Shown: piece by piece, positions 51,732 to 64,000 of the stretch
How the letters are laid out: the number at the start of each line of letters is the position of its first letter
Numbering within the stretch: the first letter of the stretch is position 1
Assembly: GCA_964016885.1 (NCBI GenBank)
Contig: OZ024760.1
Coordinates: 16,554,001 to 16,618,000 of the forward strand
Direction: 5' to 3'
DNA from: Eledone cirrhosa
Lineage: Eukaryota
DNA length: 64,000 bases
The notes under the pieces: model-generated
Database searches by the model: none
Told to the model about the DNA's origin: nothing
What the model saw: the letters and a program-made list of their open reading frames with translations, nothing else
Program-made: the position numbers and the translations under genes

Positions 51732-53034
51732 CAATGATAATAGTTATATTATATTATTTATTTATTTACTCCCCCCCCCCCCCCCCCCTCCCCCGCTCTT
51801 GTCTCGCCGTCTCCCCGCCGCCGGTGTTTCTGTCAATCGTTTTTGTGTTCTCCAGATTAAACATGAGATGTAATCCGAGGATTATACCTCTTACTAATTC
51901 CCGGATTAAATACTCGGATTTTCACATTAGATCCGACATTAGTAGTTTCTGGTGGGTGGCGATGATGGAGGCGGTGGTGGTGGAGGTGGGGATGATGGAG
52001 GTGGCGATGATGGAGGTGGTGGTGGTGGAGGTGGCGATGGTGGTGGAGGTGGGGATGATGGAGGTGGCGATGATGGAGGTGGTGGTGGTGGTGGAGGTGG
52101 GGAAGAAGGACAGTGTTGAAGATTTATTTTCATTTTTTCATCTTTCCCCCCTCCCCTCCTCCTCCCCCTCCCCCTCCTCCTCCTCCTGCTCCTTCTTGTT
52201 CTTGTTCTTGTTCTCCTTCTTTTCTTTCTTTTTCTTTTTCTTCGTTTACTTCTTTTTCTTTTTCTTTTTCTTTTTCTTTTTCTTCGTTTTCTTTTTCTTT
52301 TTCTTCTTTTTCTCTTTCTCTTTCTTCTCTTTTTTTTCTTCTTCTCCCCCTTCTACTCTGCCTTCTTCTTCTTCTTCTTCTTCTTCTTCTTCTTCTTCTT
52401 CTTCTTCTTCTTCTTCTCCCTCCTCTTCGTCTCCTCATTCCCTCTTCCTCCTCCGTCTTCTCCTCCATACGAATGGTGAGAAGACGTAATAACAACAACA
52501 ACAACAGCAACAACAAGTATGACAACAACTATGAAAACAACCACGTCAGCAGGAATAGTAACAAGGACAACAAGCCAACAACAACATCACCACCATCACC
52601 ACAATCACAACCACCACCACAGCAACAACAACACACCATCACAACCCCCACCACCACAACAACAGCACCACCATCACAACAACCACACTACCACAATCAC
52701 AACAACACCACCATCACAACAACCACCACCACCACCACCACAATACCATCACCACCACAATCACAACAACAATAAGTCTTGTGTCCCTCAGCTGACATAG
52801 ATGGATGTGGTGGTGGTGGTGGTGGTGGGGTGCTCTTTTGAAATCAATAGCAATAAAGTCTCTGAAATCAATATAATCGATACACTTGGTTAAGAAATGT
52901 CACATAGACGATCAATAATGATTTTGTATTAGATAAATCGATATCAAGTTTGAACTGGGGTACATGAAAATTTAAATTTTTGTTAAGCAACGAGTAAAGG
53001 GTGTGGAATGTAGATTATTGTATTACTGGTATTT

Positions 53035-53398
53035 AGGTCAGTGGGTTGGCAGTAGAGTGTTGAACAACTTGCTTTGTGGCATAGTGTTACACCCCTTTAC
53101 GTTCTGAGTTCAAATCCCGCCGAAGTTAACTTTGCCTTTCGGTTTTACAAGGTTGAGAAAATAAAGTACCAGTAACGCACTGGGGTCGATTTAATCACCT
53201 TTAACACCCCCCCCCCTTGTGCCAAAATTGTTGGCCGTGTGCCTAGATCAGAAACCCTTATATTGCTGCTATTTAGGGCGGTGGATTGGTAGTATTGGTA
53301 GAGCGTAGGCCAACATGCCTTGCAGTATACTGTTATGGCCCTTTACGTTCTGAGTTCAAATCCCGCTGAGGTTAGCTTTGCCTCTCATCCTTACGAGG
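53035..53398 (+). mobile_element. Two tandem copies of SINE family 1
   Basis: A/B boxes and core. Confidence 0.88.
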
Positions 53399-53414
53399 AT
53401 ATTTGTGCGTCAGT

Positions 53415-54860
53415 CCTGATCACGAATACAAGCGGCTGAAATAGGGTCCCCCGAAGGGTCTTTGGAGTAACGTTACTCAATAGAGTGTGTAGCTCGGAGA
53501 TGAGAGAGTCACTCCAGGTAGAGCTGCTACTTCTCCAAATTGAGAGATCACAGCTCCGATACTCTGGACATGTGGTTATAATGTCTCAGGAAAGAATCAC
53601 TGGACAGATTTGTAGCTCGGAGATGAGAGTCACTCCAGGTAGAGCTGCTACTTCTCCAAATTGAGAGATCACAGCTCCGATACTCTGGACATGTGGTTAT
53701 AATGTCTCAGGAAAGAATCACTGGACAGATTTGTAGCTCGGAGATCAGAGAGTCACTCCAGGTAGAGCTGCTACTTCTCCAAATTGAGAGATCACAGCTC
53801 CGATACTCTGGACATGTGGTTATAATGTCTCAGGAAAGAATCACTGGACAGATTTGTAGCTCGGAGATCAGAGAGTCACTCCAGGTAGAGCTGCTACTTC
53901 TCCAAATTGAGAGATCACAGCTCCGATACTCTGGACATGTGGTTATAATGTCTCAGGAAAGAATCACTGGACAGATTTGTAGCTCGGAGATCAGAGAGTC
54001 ACTCCAGGTAGAGCTGCTACTTCTCTGAATTGAGTGATCACAGCTCCGATACTCTGGACATGTGGTTATAATGTCTCAGGAAAGAATCACTGGACAGATT
54101 TGTAGCTCGGAGATCAGAGAGTCACTCCAGGTAGAGCTGCTACTTCTCCAAATTGAGAGATCACAGCTCCGATACTCTGGACATGTGGTTATAATGTCTC
54201 AGGAAAGAATCACTGGACAGATTTGTAGCTCGGAGATCAGAGAGTCACTCCAGGTAGAGCTGCTACTTCTCCAAATTGAGAGATCACAGCTCCGATACTC
54301 TGGACATGTGGTTATAATGTCTCAGGAAAGAATCACTGGACAGATTTGTAGCTCGGAGATCAGAGAGTCACTCCAGGTAGAGCTGCTACTTCTCCAAATT
54401 GAGAGATCACAGCTCCGATACTCTGGACATGTGGTTATAATGTCTCAGGAAAGAATCACTGGACAGATTTGTAGCTCGGAGATGAGAGAGTCACTCCAGG
54501 TAGAGCTGCTACTTCTCCAAATTGAGAGATCACAGCTCCGATACTCTGGACATGTGGTTATAATGTCTCAGGAAAGAATCACTGGACAGATTTGTAGCTC
54601 GGAGATCAGAGAGTCACTCCAGGTAGAGCTGCTACTTCTCTGAATTGAGTGATCACAGCTCCGATACTCTGGACATGTGGTTATAATGTCTCAGGAAAGA
54701 ATCGCTGGACAGATTTTACGGGGCAAAGACAATCTTCAGGAGACCCAGGCGTAGATCCCGAGCAAGATGGTTGGATAACATCCATGAGTTTGGTTGGTTA
54801 TTGCTCGGGGATCCAGCTGGATTATTGGGAGAGGGTTATTTATGATAGAACCCTCTAGAA
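53415..54860 (+). mobile_element. Decayed RTE-clade LINE 3' fragment containing an internal satellite
   Basis: RIQAAEIG..RRVFGVTLLNRV..IRESL..IERSQLRYSGHV..RPRRRSRARW. Confidence 0.8.
53488..54715 (+). repeat. 123-bp tandem repeat, 10 units, LINE-derived
   Basis: Units start at 53488, 53611, 53732, 53855, 53978, 54101, 54224, 54347, 54470, 54593. Confidence 0.97.
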
Positions 54861-55730
54861 GACATGTCTAGAGGATTCTGACCCCCCCTCCCCCCCCCCC
54901 CCCCCCCCCCCCCCCTTCCACCTCCAACTCCACCCATGACTCTGTTAAGAATAACAATAAATGCGCGTAGAAGAAGGCAAAGAAGAAGAAGATAAAGAAC
55001 GAGAAGGTGAAGAAGACAAAGAAGAACGAGAAGACAAAGGTGAAGAAGAAAAAGAAGAACGAGAAGAAGGAGGAGAAGATGAAGAAGAAGAAGAAGCAAA
55101 AGAAGGCAAAGAAGAGGAAATTGAACTCAAAACATTCAAAACTAAAAGTGAACTGTAAAAAATCCCATCAAAATCTAAATATAAACATGTTAAATTAACT
55201 AAGAATATATATTTAGATTTAATTAGTTCTGTCTTTCCTCTAATTAATTTCTCTCTCTGCTCTAATTAACTTGTAATTCGGTAAATACTAATTATTTCAT
55301 ATGTTTTATGGCGGATCGCACTCTTTGTCATCATGTACTACTGACTTTGAGAAAGGAAAGATCATTACTGTCTCTCCTGCTGCACTTACACAACGTGTGT
55401 GTATGTGGAGATGTGTGCGTGTGTGTAGAGGTGCGTGTGTATGTGGAGATGTGTGTGTGTGAAGGTGCGTGTATGTGGAGATGTGTGTGTGTGAAGGTGC
55501 GTGTGTGTGGCGGTGCGTGTGTATGTGGAGATGTGTGAAGGTGGGTGTGTGTGGAGGTGCGTGTGTGTGGAGGTGCGTGTGTGTGAGTGTGTGAAGGTTA
55601 CGTTGCTGGTACACGTATCTGTGGAATGCTTAGCCACTTGCACGTTAATTTCAAGAGTATATTGCTCCGTTGATCGTGTCAACTGTAACTCATCGTCGTA
55701 ACCGACGTTGTATTGCATCGTTTGCTTGTA

Positions 55731-55782
<52 letters not shown>

Positions 55783-55786
<4 letters not shown>

Positions 55787-56042
55787 ATCTACTTTTGGCA
55801 CAAGGCCAGCAATTACCAGTACATTACTGGTACTTTATTTTATCGACCCCGTGAGGATGAAAAACTCAGAGCTGTATGGGAACAAAAAGTCAGCTCAAAA
55901 GTGACACAGAGGAGACTGAGGTTAACCTTGCCTTCATCCGAAAGGCAAAGTTAACCTCGACGGGATTTGAACTCAGTCTGTAAAGGGACGTAACTGTGCT
56001 GCAAAGCATGGCGTTCGACCCTCTACCGATACTGCCAATCCA
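55783..56042 (-). mobile_element. SINE family 1 with internal LINE-derived insertion
   Basis: SINE core interrupted at 55856-55940. Confidence 0.85.
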
Positions 56043-56048
56043 CATCAT

Positions 56049-56868
<820 letters not shown>

Positions 56869-57211
56869 TATATATATATATATATAAGAAAATTAGGTTT
56901 TTTTTTAAATGACAAAAGAACGAGATGTCCTACACGAGTGAAAGTCTAAGGAAAAAAGATGAAATCTAAAATGCAATTGGAGTCTTTTTAAGAATATTAT
57001 TTGTTTCCTTTAGCGGTTTCACAGTTCTTATGTTTTCAAAGTAGAATTGAGATGAAGGGTTTGTGGTTTTTCTCATATATATATTTATTGGAAAAGTAAA
57101 AAACAATAACCAGGAGTACAGTTACGAAAAGTGTTTGGTATTAGGTTCACGCTTTTACACACGCACACACAGACACACACACACACAGACACACACACAG
57201 ACACACACACA

Positions 57212-57290
<79 letters not shown>

Positions 57291-57744
57291 CCAGATTCTC
57301 TCATTACTACTACAGAGGTCTGACGAGCTCTGTAGTAGCTTTTTAGTCCAGACTTGAAAACTCTGGTACAAACACTACACTTGTGACAATTATTGACACA
57401 TAGTGCTGGGCCCATGGTACCATGTGACAAGTGCAGAGAGATCTCCAGATATAAAGCAATGCCTGTGCCGTGAAGCTTTTATACATGCATACATACATAC
57501 ATCATTATTGGAGCTACGGGTTATATACCAACCCGTTTGGTCCAAAGTATGACTGAACTTGGATTTGCGGACAAAGAGCGCAGCTCCCTAATTTATAGTC
57601 TACAAATGGCTGCGATAGCTGGAACCTTCAAATTGCGATTCAAGGGATGACAATTTCTTTTCTTTTACAACCTTGCCACCAGGAAGGTGGCCGGTCAAAA
57701 AAATATACTCGAAATTAAGAGAAAGAGATAACATACATACATAC

Positions 57745-57801
<57 letters not shown>

Positions 57802-58313
57802 TTAGACGGAGATGGTGAGTGTGAGAGAGAAAGAGCGAGTAGATATAGAGAGATAGATGGTGAGTGTGAGAGAGAGATATAGAGATAGATAGACAGAGGG
57901 AGCTGGTGAATGTGTGTAGGATATATATATGAGAGATTGTGTGTATGTGTGTGTGTATGTGTGTGTGTGTGTGTATGTGAGATGCACTGAGGTTATGACA
58001 CCAATTTAGGGTTAGGTAATTATGTTGGAGGGCAGAGAGGGGGAAGTGACACATATATATATATAGAGAGGGGATGAGAGAGAGAAACGGACATACATAG
58101 AGAGAGAGAGGGTGAGTGACACATATATATAGAGAGAGAGGGGGATGAAAGAGAGAAACGCACATACATAGAGAGAGAGGGTGAGTAACACATATGTATA
58201 TATAGAGAGGGGATGAGAGAGAGAGGGGGGATGAGAGAGGGGGGCAGTGACACATATATATAGAGAGAGGGGATGAGAGAGAGAAACGGACATACATAGA
58301 GAGAGGGTGAGTG

Positions 58314-58358
<45 letters not shown>

Positions 58359-58489
58359 AGGGGTGGGAGAGAGGAGAGAGATACATACAAAGAGAGAAAG
58401 AGAGAGACGAGAGCGGAGGATATACACACATAGGAAGGGAAAGAGTGTGAGTAGTCACGCATGTATATAGAGATATAGAGGGAGTGGGA

Positions 58490-58950
58490 GAGAGAGAGAA
58501 TGGACCGACATAGAGAGGGAAAGAAAGAGAATGGACCGACATAGAGAGAGAAAGAGAGAGAATGGACCGACATAGAGAGAGAAAGAGAGAGAATGGACCG
58601 ACATAGAGAGAGAAAGAGAGAGAATGGACCGACATAGAGAGGAGGAGAAAGAGACAGACAGAGAGAAATAGAGAGAGAGAGAAAAGACCGACATAGAGAG
58701 GGAGAGAAAACGAGAGACAGACAGAGAGAGGAGGAGGATAACAGTAAATAACAGAGAGAGAGAGAGGAGGAGGATAACAGTAAATAACAGAGAGAGAGGA
58801 GGAGGATAACAGTAAATAAGAGAGAGAGAGAGAGAGAGAGGAGGAGGATAACAGTAAATAAGAGAGAGAGAGAGAGAGAGAGGAGGAGGATAACAGTAAA
58901 TAAGAGAGAGAATGAGAGAGAGAGAGAGGAGGAGGATAACAGTAAATAAG
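58490..58950. repeat. Two GA-rich minisatellites (AGAATGGACCGACATAGAG; GAGGAGGAGGATAACAGTAAATAA)
   Basis: Direct reading. Confidence 0.9.
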
Positions 58951-59030
58951 AGTGTCAGTTGATTGTCTTAGTTATAATTAACCTTTCTGGCTTTTATAAC
59001 CTTCAGGTTAGATAGTTATTGATGAGCTAC

Positions 59031-59075
<45 letters not shown>

Positions 59076-59284
59076 AAGATATACAAACACATACACGAGT
59101 TGATTTATTCAACTCAATCCACACATCGTCTGTTACATAAGCAGGCAGTTTCTTCATGTAGAAGAGGCTAAAGAGGTTAGGATGTGAAGGATATGAGATT
59201 GAAAACCATATTAATACTACATTCCAGTGAACACTCAGTCCAAGCTAAGATGGCAGCCATTTTGTAGAATAGTTTACATGCGCT

Positions 59285-60243
59285 GAGAGAGCTGCGAGCT
59301 TGTATAACAGTGAACAGGTTCGGAGAGAGCTCCAATTTTGAACAACGTTGAACAGGTTCTGAGAGAGCCCCAAGCTTGTATAACAGTGAACAGGTTCGGA
59401 GAGAGCTCCAATTTTGAACAATATTGAACAGGTTCTGGGAGAGCCCCAAGCTTGTATAACAGTGAACAGGTTCGGAGAGAGCTCCAATTTTGAACAACGT
59501 TGAACAGGTTCTGAGAGAGCCCCAAGCTTGTATAACAGTGAACAGGTTCGGAGAGAGCTCCAATTTTGAACAATGTTGAACAGGTTCTGAGAGAGCCCCA
59601 AGCTTGTATAACGGTTGACAGGTTCTGAGAGAGCTCCAATTTTGAACAATGTTGAACAGGTTCTGAGAGAGCCCCAAGCTTGTATAACGGTTGACAGGTT
59701 CTGAGAGAGCTCCAATTTTGAACAATGTTGAACAGGTTCTGAGAGAGCCCCAAGCTTGTATAACAGTGAACAGGTTCGGAGAGAGCTCCAATTTTGAACA
59801 ATGTTGAACAGGTTCTGAGAGAGCCCCAAGCTTGTATAACGGTTGACAGGTTCCGAGAGAGCTGCGAGCTTGTACAATGGTTGATAAAGTGAAAGAGAGC
59901 TCCGAACTTGTAGAATGCTGGATAGGGTGAGAGAGCTCAGAGATTGATAGGGAAAGAGAGTTCGAAGCTTGTAAAATTGTTGATAGGGTAAGAGAGAGTT
60001 CCAAGCGTGTAGAATTGCTGATAGAGTAAGAGAGAGCTCCGAGCTTGTAGAATGGTGGATAGGGAAAGAGAGCTCCAAGCTTATAGAATGGTGGATAGAG
60101 TAAGGGAGAGCTCGTAGCTTGTAGAATAATGGACAGGTACTGAGAGAGCTCCGAACTTGTAGAATGATTGATAGAGTAAAAGAGAGTTCCAAGCTTGTAG
60201 AATGATAGATAGAGTAAAAGAGAGTTCCAAGTTTGTAGAATGG
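59285..60243. repeat. 38-bp satellite; homogeneous 76-bp dimers (59290-59870) grading into diverged monomers
   Basis: AGCTTGTATAAC at 76-bp spacing (59373, 59449, ...). Confidence 0.92.
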
Positions 60244-60830
60244 TAAACATGTGGTTTCGGATTTGGTCATAATATGCATTATTGTGGCTGAGTGTGCGTG
60301 TATGCGTGTGTGTGTTTGTGTTTGATTGTGTGAGTGTGATTGAGTGTGTGTGTGTGTGGGGGGGGGGGGATTTAGTGTGTGTGTGATATTGTGTGTGTGT
60401 GATTGGTTATATATGTGTGTATAATTGTGCGTGTGTGGTTAATCATATGTGTGAGTGATTGTGTGTGTGTGTGTGTGTGTGACTATGATTGAGCATATGT
60501 GTAACTAATTGATTGTGTGTGTATTTGTGTGTGACTGAGTGTGTGATTGTGTGTGAGTGTATGTGTGTGTATGTGTGTGACTAATTGAGTGTGTGTGTGT
60601 GACTGTGATTGAGTATGTGTGTGTGATTGTGTCTGTATATGATTGTGTGAGTGATTGAGCGTGTGTGTGTGCGTGCGTGTGTGTGTGTTGACACTTTAAG
60701 TGTCTACAAGACCTCAACACCCCTCTGTTGTTATTTAACCAAATTCCTGCAATGGAACTCGGGTTTCGTTGTTAGGAACGCAGCTGTTGCCTTATTGGAA
60801 GAATTTAAATAATTAAACAACGAAATTAAT

Positions 60831-60881
<51 letters not shown>

Positions 60882-60922
60882 CACATACATACACACACAT
60901 ATATATACACACATACATATAT

Positions 60923-61009
<87 letters not shown>

Positions 61010-61062
61010 TATATATATATATATATACACACACATATATATATATATATATATACACACAC

Positions 61063-61135
<73 letters not shown>

Positions 61136-61166
61136 TATATATATACACACACACACATAGATATAT

Positions 61167-61209
<43 letters not shown>

Positions 61210-61587
61210 TATACATGCATGCATATATGCATACAAACACGCCTATATATATATATCTATATAATAAATATAAATATTTATATATATATATAATAAATAT
61301 ATATATATATATATCTATATAATAAATATATATATATATATCTATATAATAAATATATATATATACATGACCCTCCCAAAGTATAACAATATATATATAC
61401 AGCCAACCCCAAATGCACACATAATACTCAAACATAGTAGTCACATGTACATACGCACACACAAACATACATACACACACGTCTCACCTGTACATTACAA
61501 AATCTAATCAGGTTAATTAATTAAGAGCTGACAATTCTTACACGATTATATTTGCGTTTCTGGAGAAAAATAAATAAAATAAAAGTC

Positions 61588-61960
61588 ACTACATTTGGCA
61601 CAAGGCCAGCAATTTAAAGGGAAGGAGAAAGTGGATAAAATCGACTCCAGTACATTACTGGTACTTTATTTTATCGACCCCGTAAGGATGAAAGGCAAAG
61701 TTAACCTCGGCGGGATTTGAACTCGGAATTTATAGAGATAGACACACTTTGGTTTCTGATTTAGGCTCAAGGCCAGCAATTTCGGGCGAGGGAAAAATCG
61801 ATTAAAGTGACCCCAGTGTATTACTGGTACTTTATTTTACCGACCCTGTAAGGATGAAAGGCAAAGTCAACCTCGGCGGGATTTGAACTGTAAAGGGACG
61901 TAACTATGCTAGAAAGCATGGCGTCCAACCCTCTACCGATACTGCCAATTCACCGCCCTT
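61588..61960 (-). mobile_element. Two tandem copies of SINE family 1
   Basis: Core match. Confidence 0.9.
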
Positions 61961-63189
61961 CACTATAATAATAATAATAATGAGGAGGGAGAGGAGGGGG
62001 AGACAGAGAAGAAAGTAGCAGAAGAAATGAAGAGGCAGCAGTGTAACAGTGACAATAAAGAGATGGATTCCTGATGGTTTAGAAATGTCTTGTAGTGTAG
62101 GGTGGTGTGTATGTGGGGGAATATGGGTGTGTGGTGCGGTGTGTGTGTGGGAAGTCGTGTACTGTTGTGTGTGTGTGGGGGTGGGGTGTACTGTGCTGTG
62201 TGTGTATATGAAGTGGTGTACTGTTGTGTGTGTGTGTGTGTATGAAGTGGTGTACTGTGGTGTGTGTGTGTGAAGTGGTGTACTGTGGCGTGTGTGTGTA
62301 TGAAGTCTACTGTGGTGTGTGTGTGTGTGAAGTGGTGTACTGTGGTGTGTGTGTGTGTGAAGTGGTGTACTGTGGTGTGTGTGTGTGTGTGAAGTGGTGT
62401 ACTGTGGTGTGTGTGTGTGGCCTTGAGTGTCTGTGGTCGTATAGTGTGTGGTGTGTGTGTAGTGTACTGTGTGGGGTGTGTAATGTTGTGTGCGTAGTTG
62501 TGGGTGTGTTTTCGGTCTATATGAGGGTGGGGTGTAATTGTCTAAAGTATGTGTGAATGTAGTGTGTCTAGAGAGTGTGTGTGTGTGTGTGTGTGTGTGT
62601 CTAGAGAGAGAGAGTGCGTGTGTCTAGAGTGTGTGTGTGTGTGTGTGTGTGTCTAGAGAATGTGTGTGTGTGTGTGTGTCTAGAGAATGTGTGTGTGTGT
62701 GTGTGTGTCTAGAGAATGTGTGTGTGTGTGTATTACGTGTGTGTCGGGATGACGGTGTGTGGATGAGGACCACCAGAGAGATCAATGATTTACCTGTTCT
62801 ACCTGTTCAGTTTGATCGATTGCACTTTTCTCTGACAATAGTCTCGTGTAGAGATGCGCATGCGTAATTTTGAAACACCTTTGAAATCACACCTTTCCAA
62901 CTTACCTGTAAATAGAGGAGAGCAAACGATTAGTCTTTTTGACGACACAACAACAACAGTATCAACAACAGTAACAACAACAGTATCAACAACAGTAACA
63001 ACAACAGTAACAACAACAGTAACAACAACAGTAACAACAACAGTATCAACAACAGTAACAACAACAGTAACAACAACAGTAACAATAACAACAACAGTAA
63101 CAACAACAGTAACAACAACAGTAACAACAACAGTAACAACAACAGTAACAACAAGAGTTCCATGTTTGAAATGTCGATACAACATGTGA

Positions 63190-63375
63190 TAATTGTTTCT
63201 ACTTTTGGCACAAGGCCAGCAATTGTCCCAGTGCATTACTGGTACTTTATTTTATCGACCCCGTAAGGATGAACGGCAAAGTTAACCTCGGCGGGATTTG
63301 AACTCAGATCATAAAGGGAGGTAACTCTATGCTTCAAAGCATGGCGCCCGACCCTCTACCGATACTGCCAATCCA
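63190..63375 (-). mobile_element. SINE family 1 (left arm of large inverted repeat)
   Basis: Core, B-box, A-box. Confidence 0.92.
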
Positions 63376-64000
63376 CGTGATAATGTTAGCATTGTTGTGA
63401 AGACAATTGCAGACGATTCTTGAAAATATACTTATATATACTTCTTATATATTTATATATACTTCTTATATATTTATATATACTTCTTATATATTTATAT
63501 ATACTTCTCACTATACTTATATATACTTCTTACTATATTTATATATACTTCTTACTATATTTACTTATATATACATCTTACAAACATCTTATATATATAT
63601 AAGTAAGAAGTATATATAAATATATAAGAAGTATATATAAATATATAAGAAGTATATATAAATATATAAGAAGTATATATAAATATATAAGAAGTATATA
63701 TAAATATAGTAAGAAGTATATATAAATATAGTAAGAAGTATATATAAATATATAAGAAGTATATATAAATATATAAGAAGTATATATAAATATATAAGAA
63801 GTATATATAAATATATAAGAAGTATATATAAGTATATTTTCAAGAATCGTCTGCCATTGTCTTCACAACAATGCTAACATTATCACGTGGATTGGCAGTA
63901 TCGGTAGAGAGTCGGGCGCCATGCTTTGAAGCATAGAGTTACCTCCCTTTATGATCTGAGTTCAAATCCCGCCGAGGTTAACTTTGCCTTTCATCCTTAC
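63262..64000. repeat. Large inverted duplication centred near 63595 (SINE + unique spacer + 21-bp minisatellite)
   Basis: 63262-63590 mirrors 63600-64000; runs off the window end. Confidence 0.92.

Noticed and set aside
57316-57370. Hammerhead at CTGACGAG
   Set aside because: Motif sits in the loop of an unrelated hairpin; stems I-III do not form
59177-60279. 344-357 aa leucine-rich-repeat-like proteins
   Set aside because: All three frames give the same permuted repeat from a 76-bp satellite

Overview
Eukaryotic, microsatellite-saturated intronic/intergenic DNA. The repeat content looks like an octopus/coleoid cephalopod genome, which is an inference from SINE sequence and microsatellite density. 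The only long protein-coding sequence is an apparently intact 5.7-kb Tx1/L1-clade non-LTR retrotransposon (ORF1 with CCHC knuckle; ORF2 APE-RT-Zn) sitting inside a (TATC)n tract. Nearly all other listed ORFs are translations of simple repeats. Also present are about 20 copies of a tRNA-derived SINE, a second tRNA-SINE group, RTE-clade LINE fragments (one amplified into a 123-bp satellite), a non-autonomous Helitron, Tc1/mariner MITEs, several minisatellites and one plausible host exon (- strand). The most striking feature is invisible to the ORF track. Many short (150-400 bp) islands between (TA)n tracts carry minimal type-I hammerhead ribozymes. I read by eye about 12 copies with a complete CUGANGA/GAAA core and about 7 with one core change, in roughly 8 sequence families. 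Most have a very short, often palindromic helix III (dimer-dependent form) and a downstream or overlapping AATAAA. Many sit in fold-back elements, and two of these place a complete ribozyme on each strand. This matches Penelope-like-element pseudo-LTRs or retrozyme-like non-autonomous elements. No coding PLE is in the window and activity is untested.
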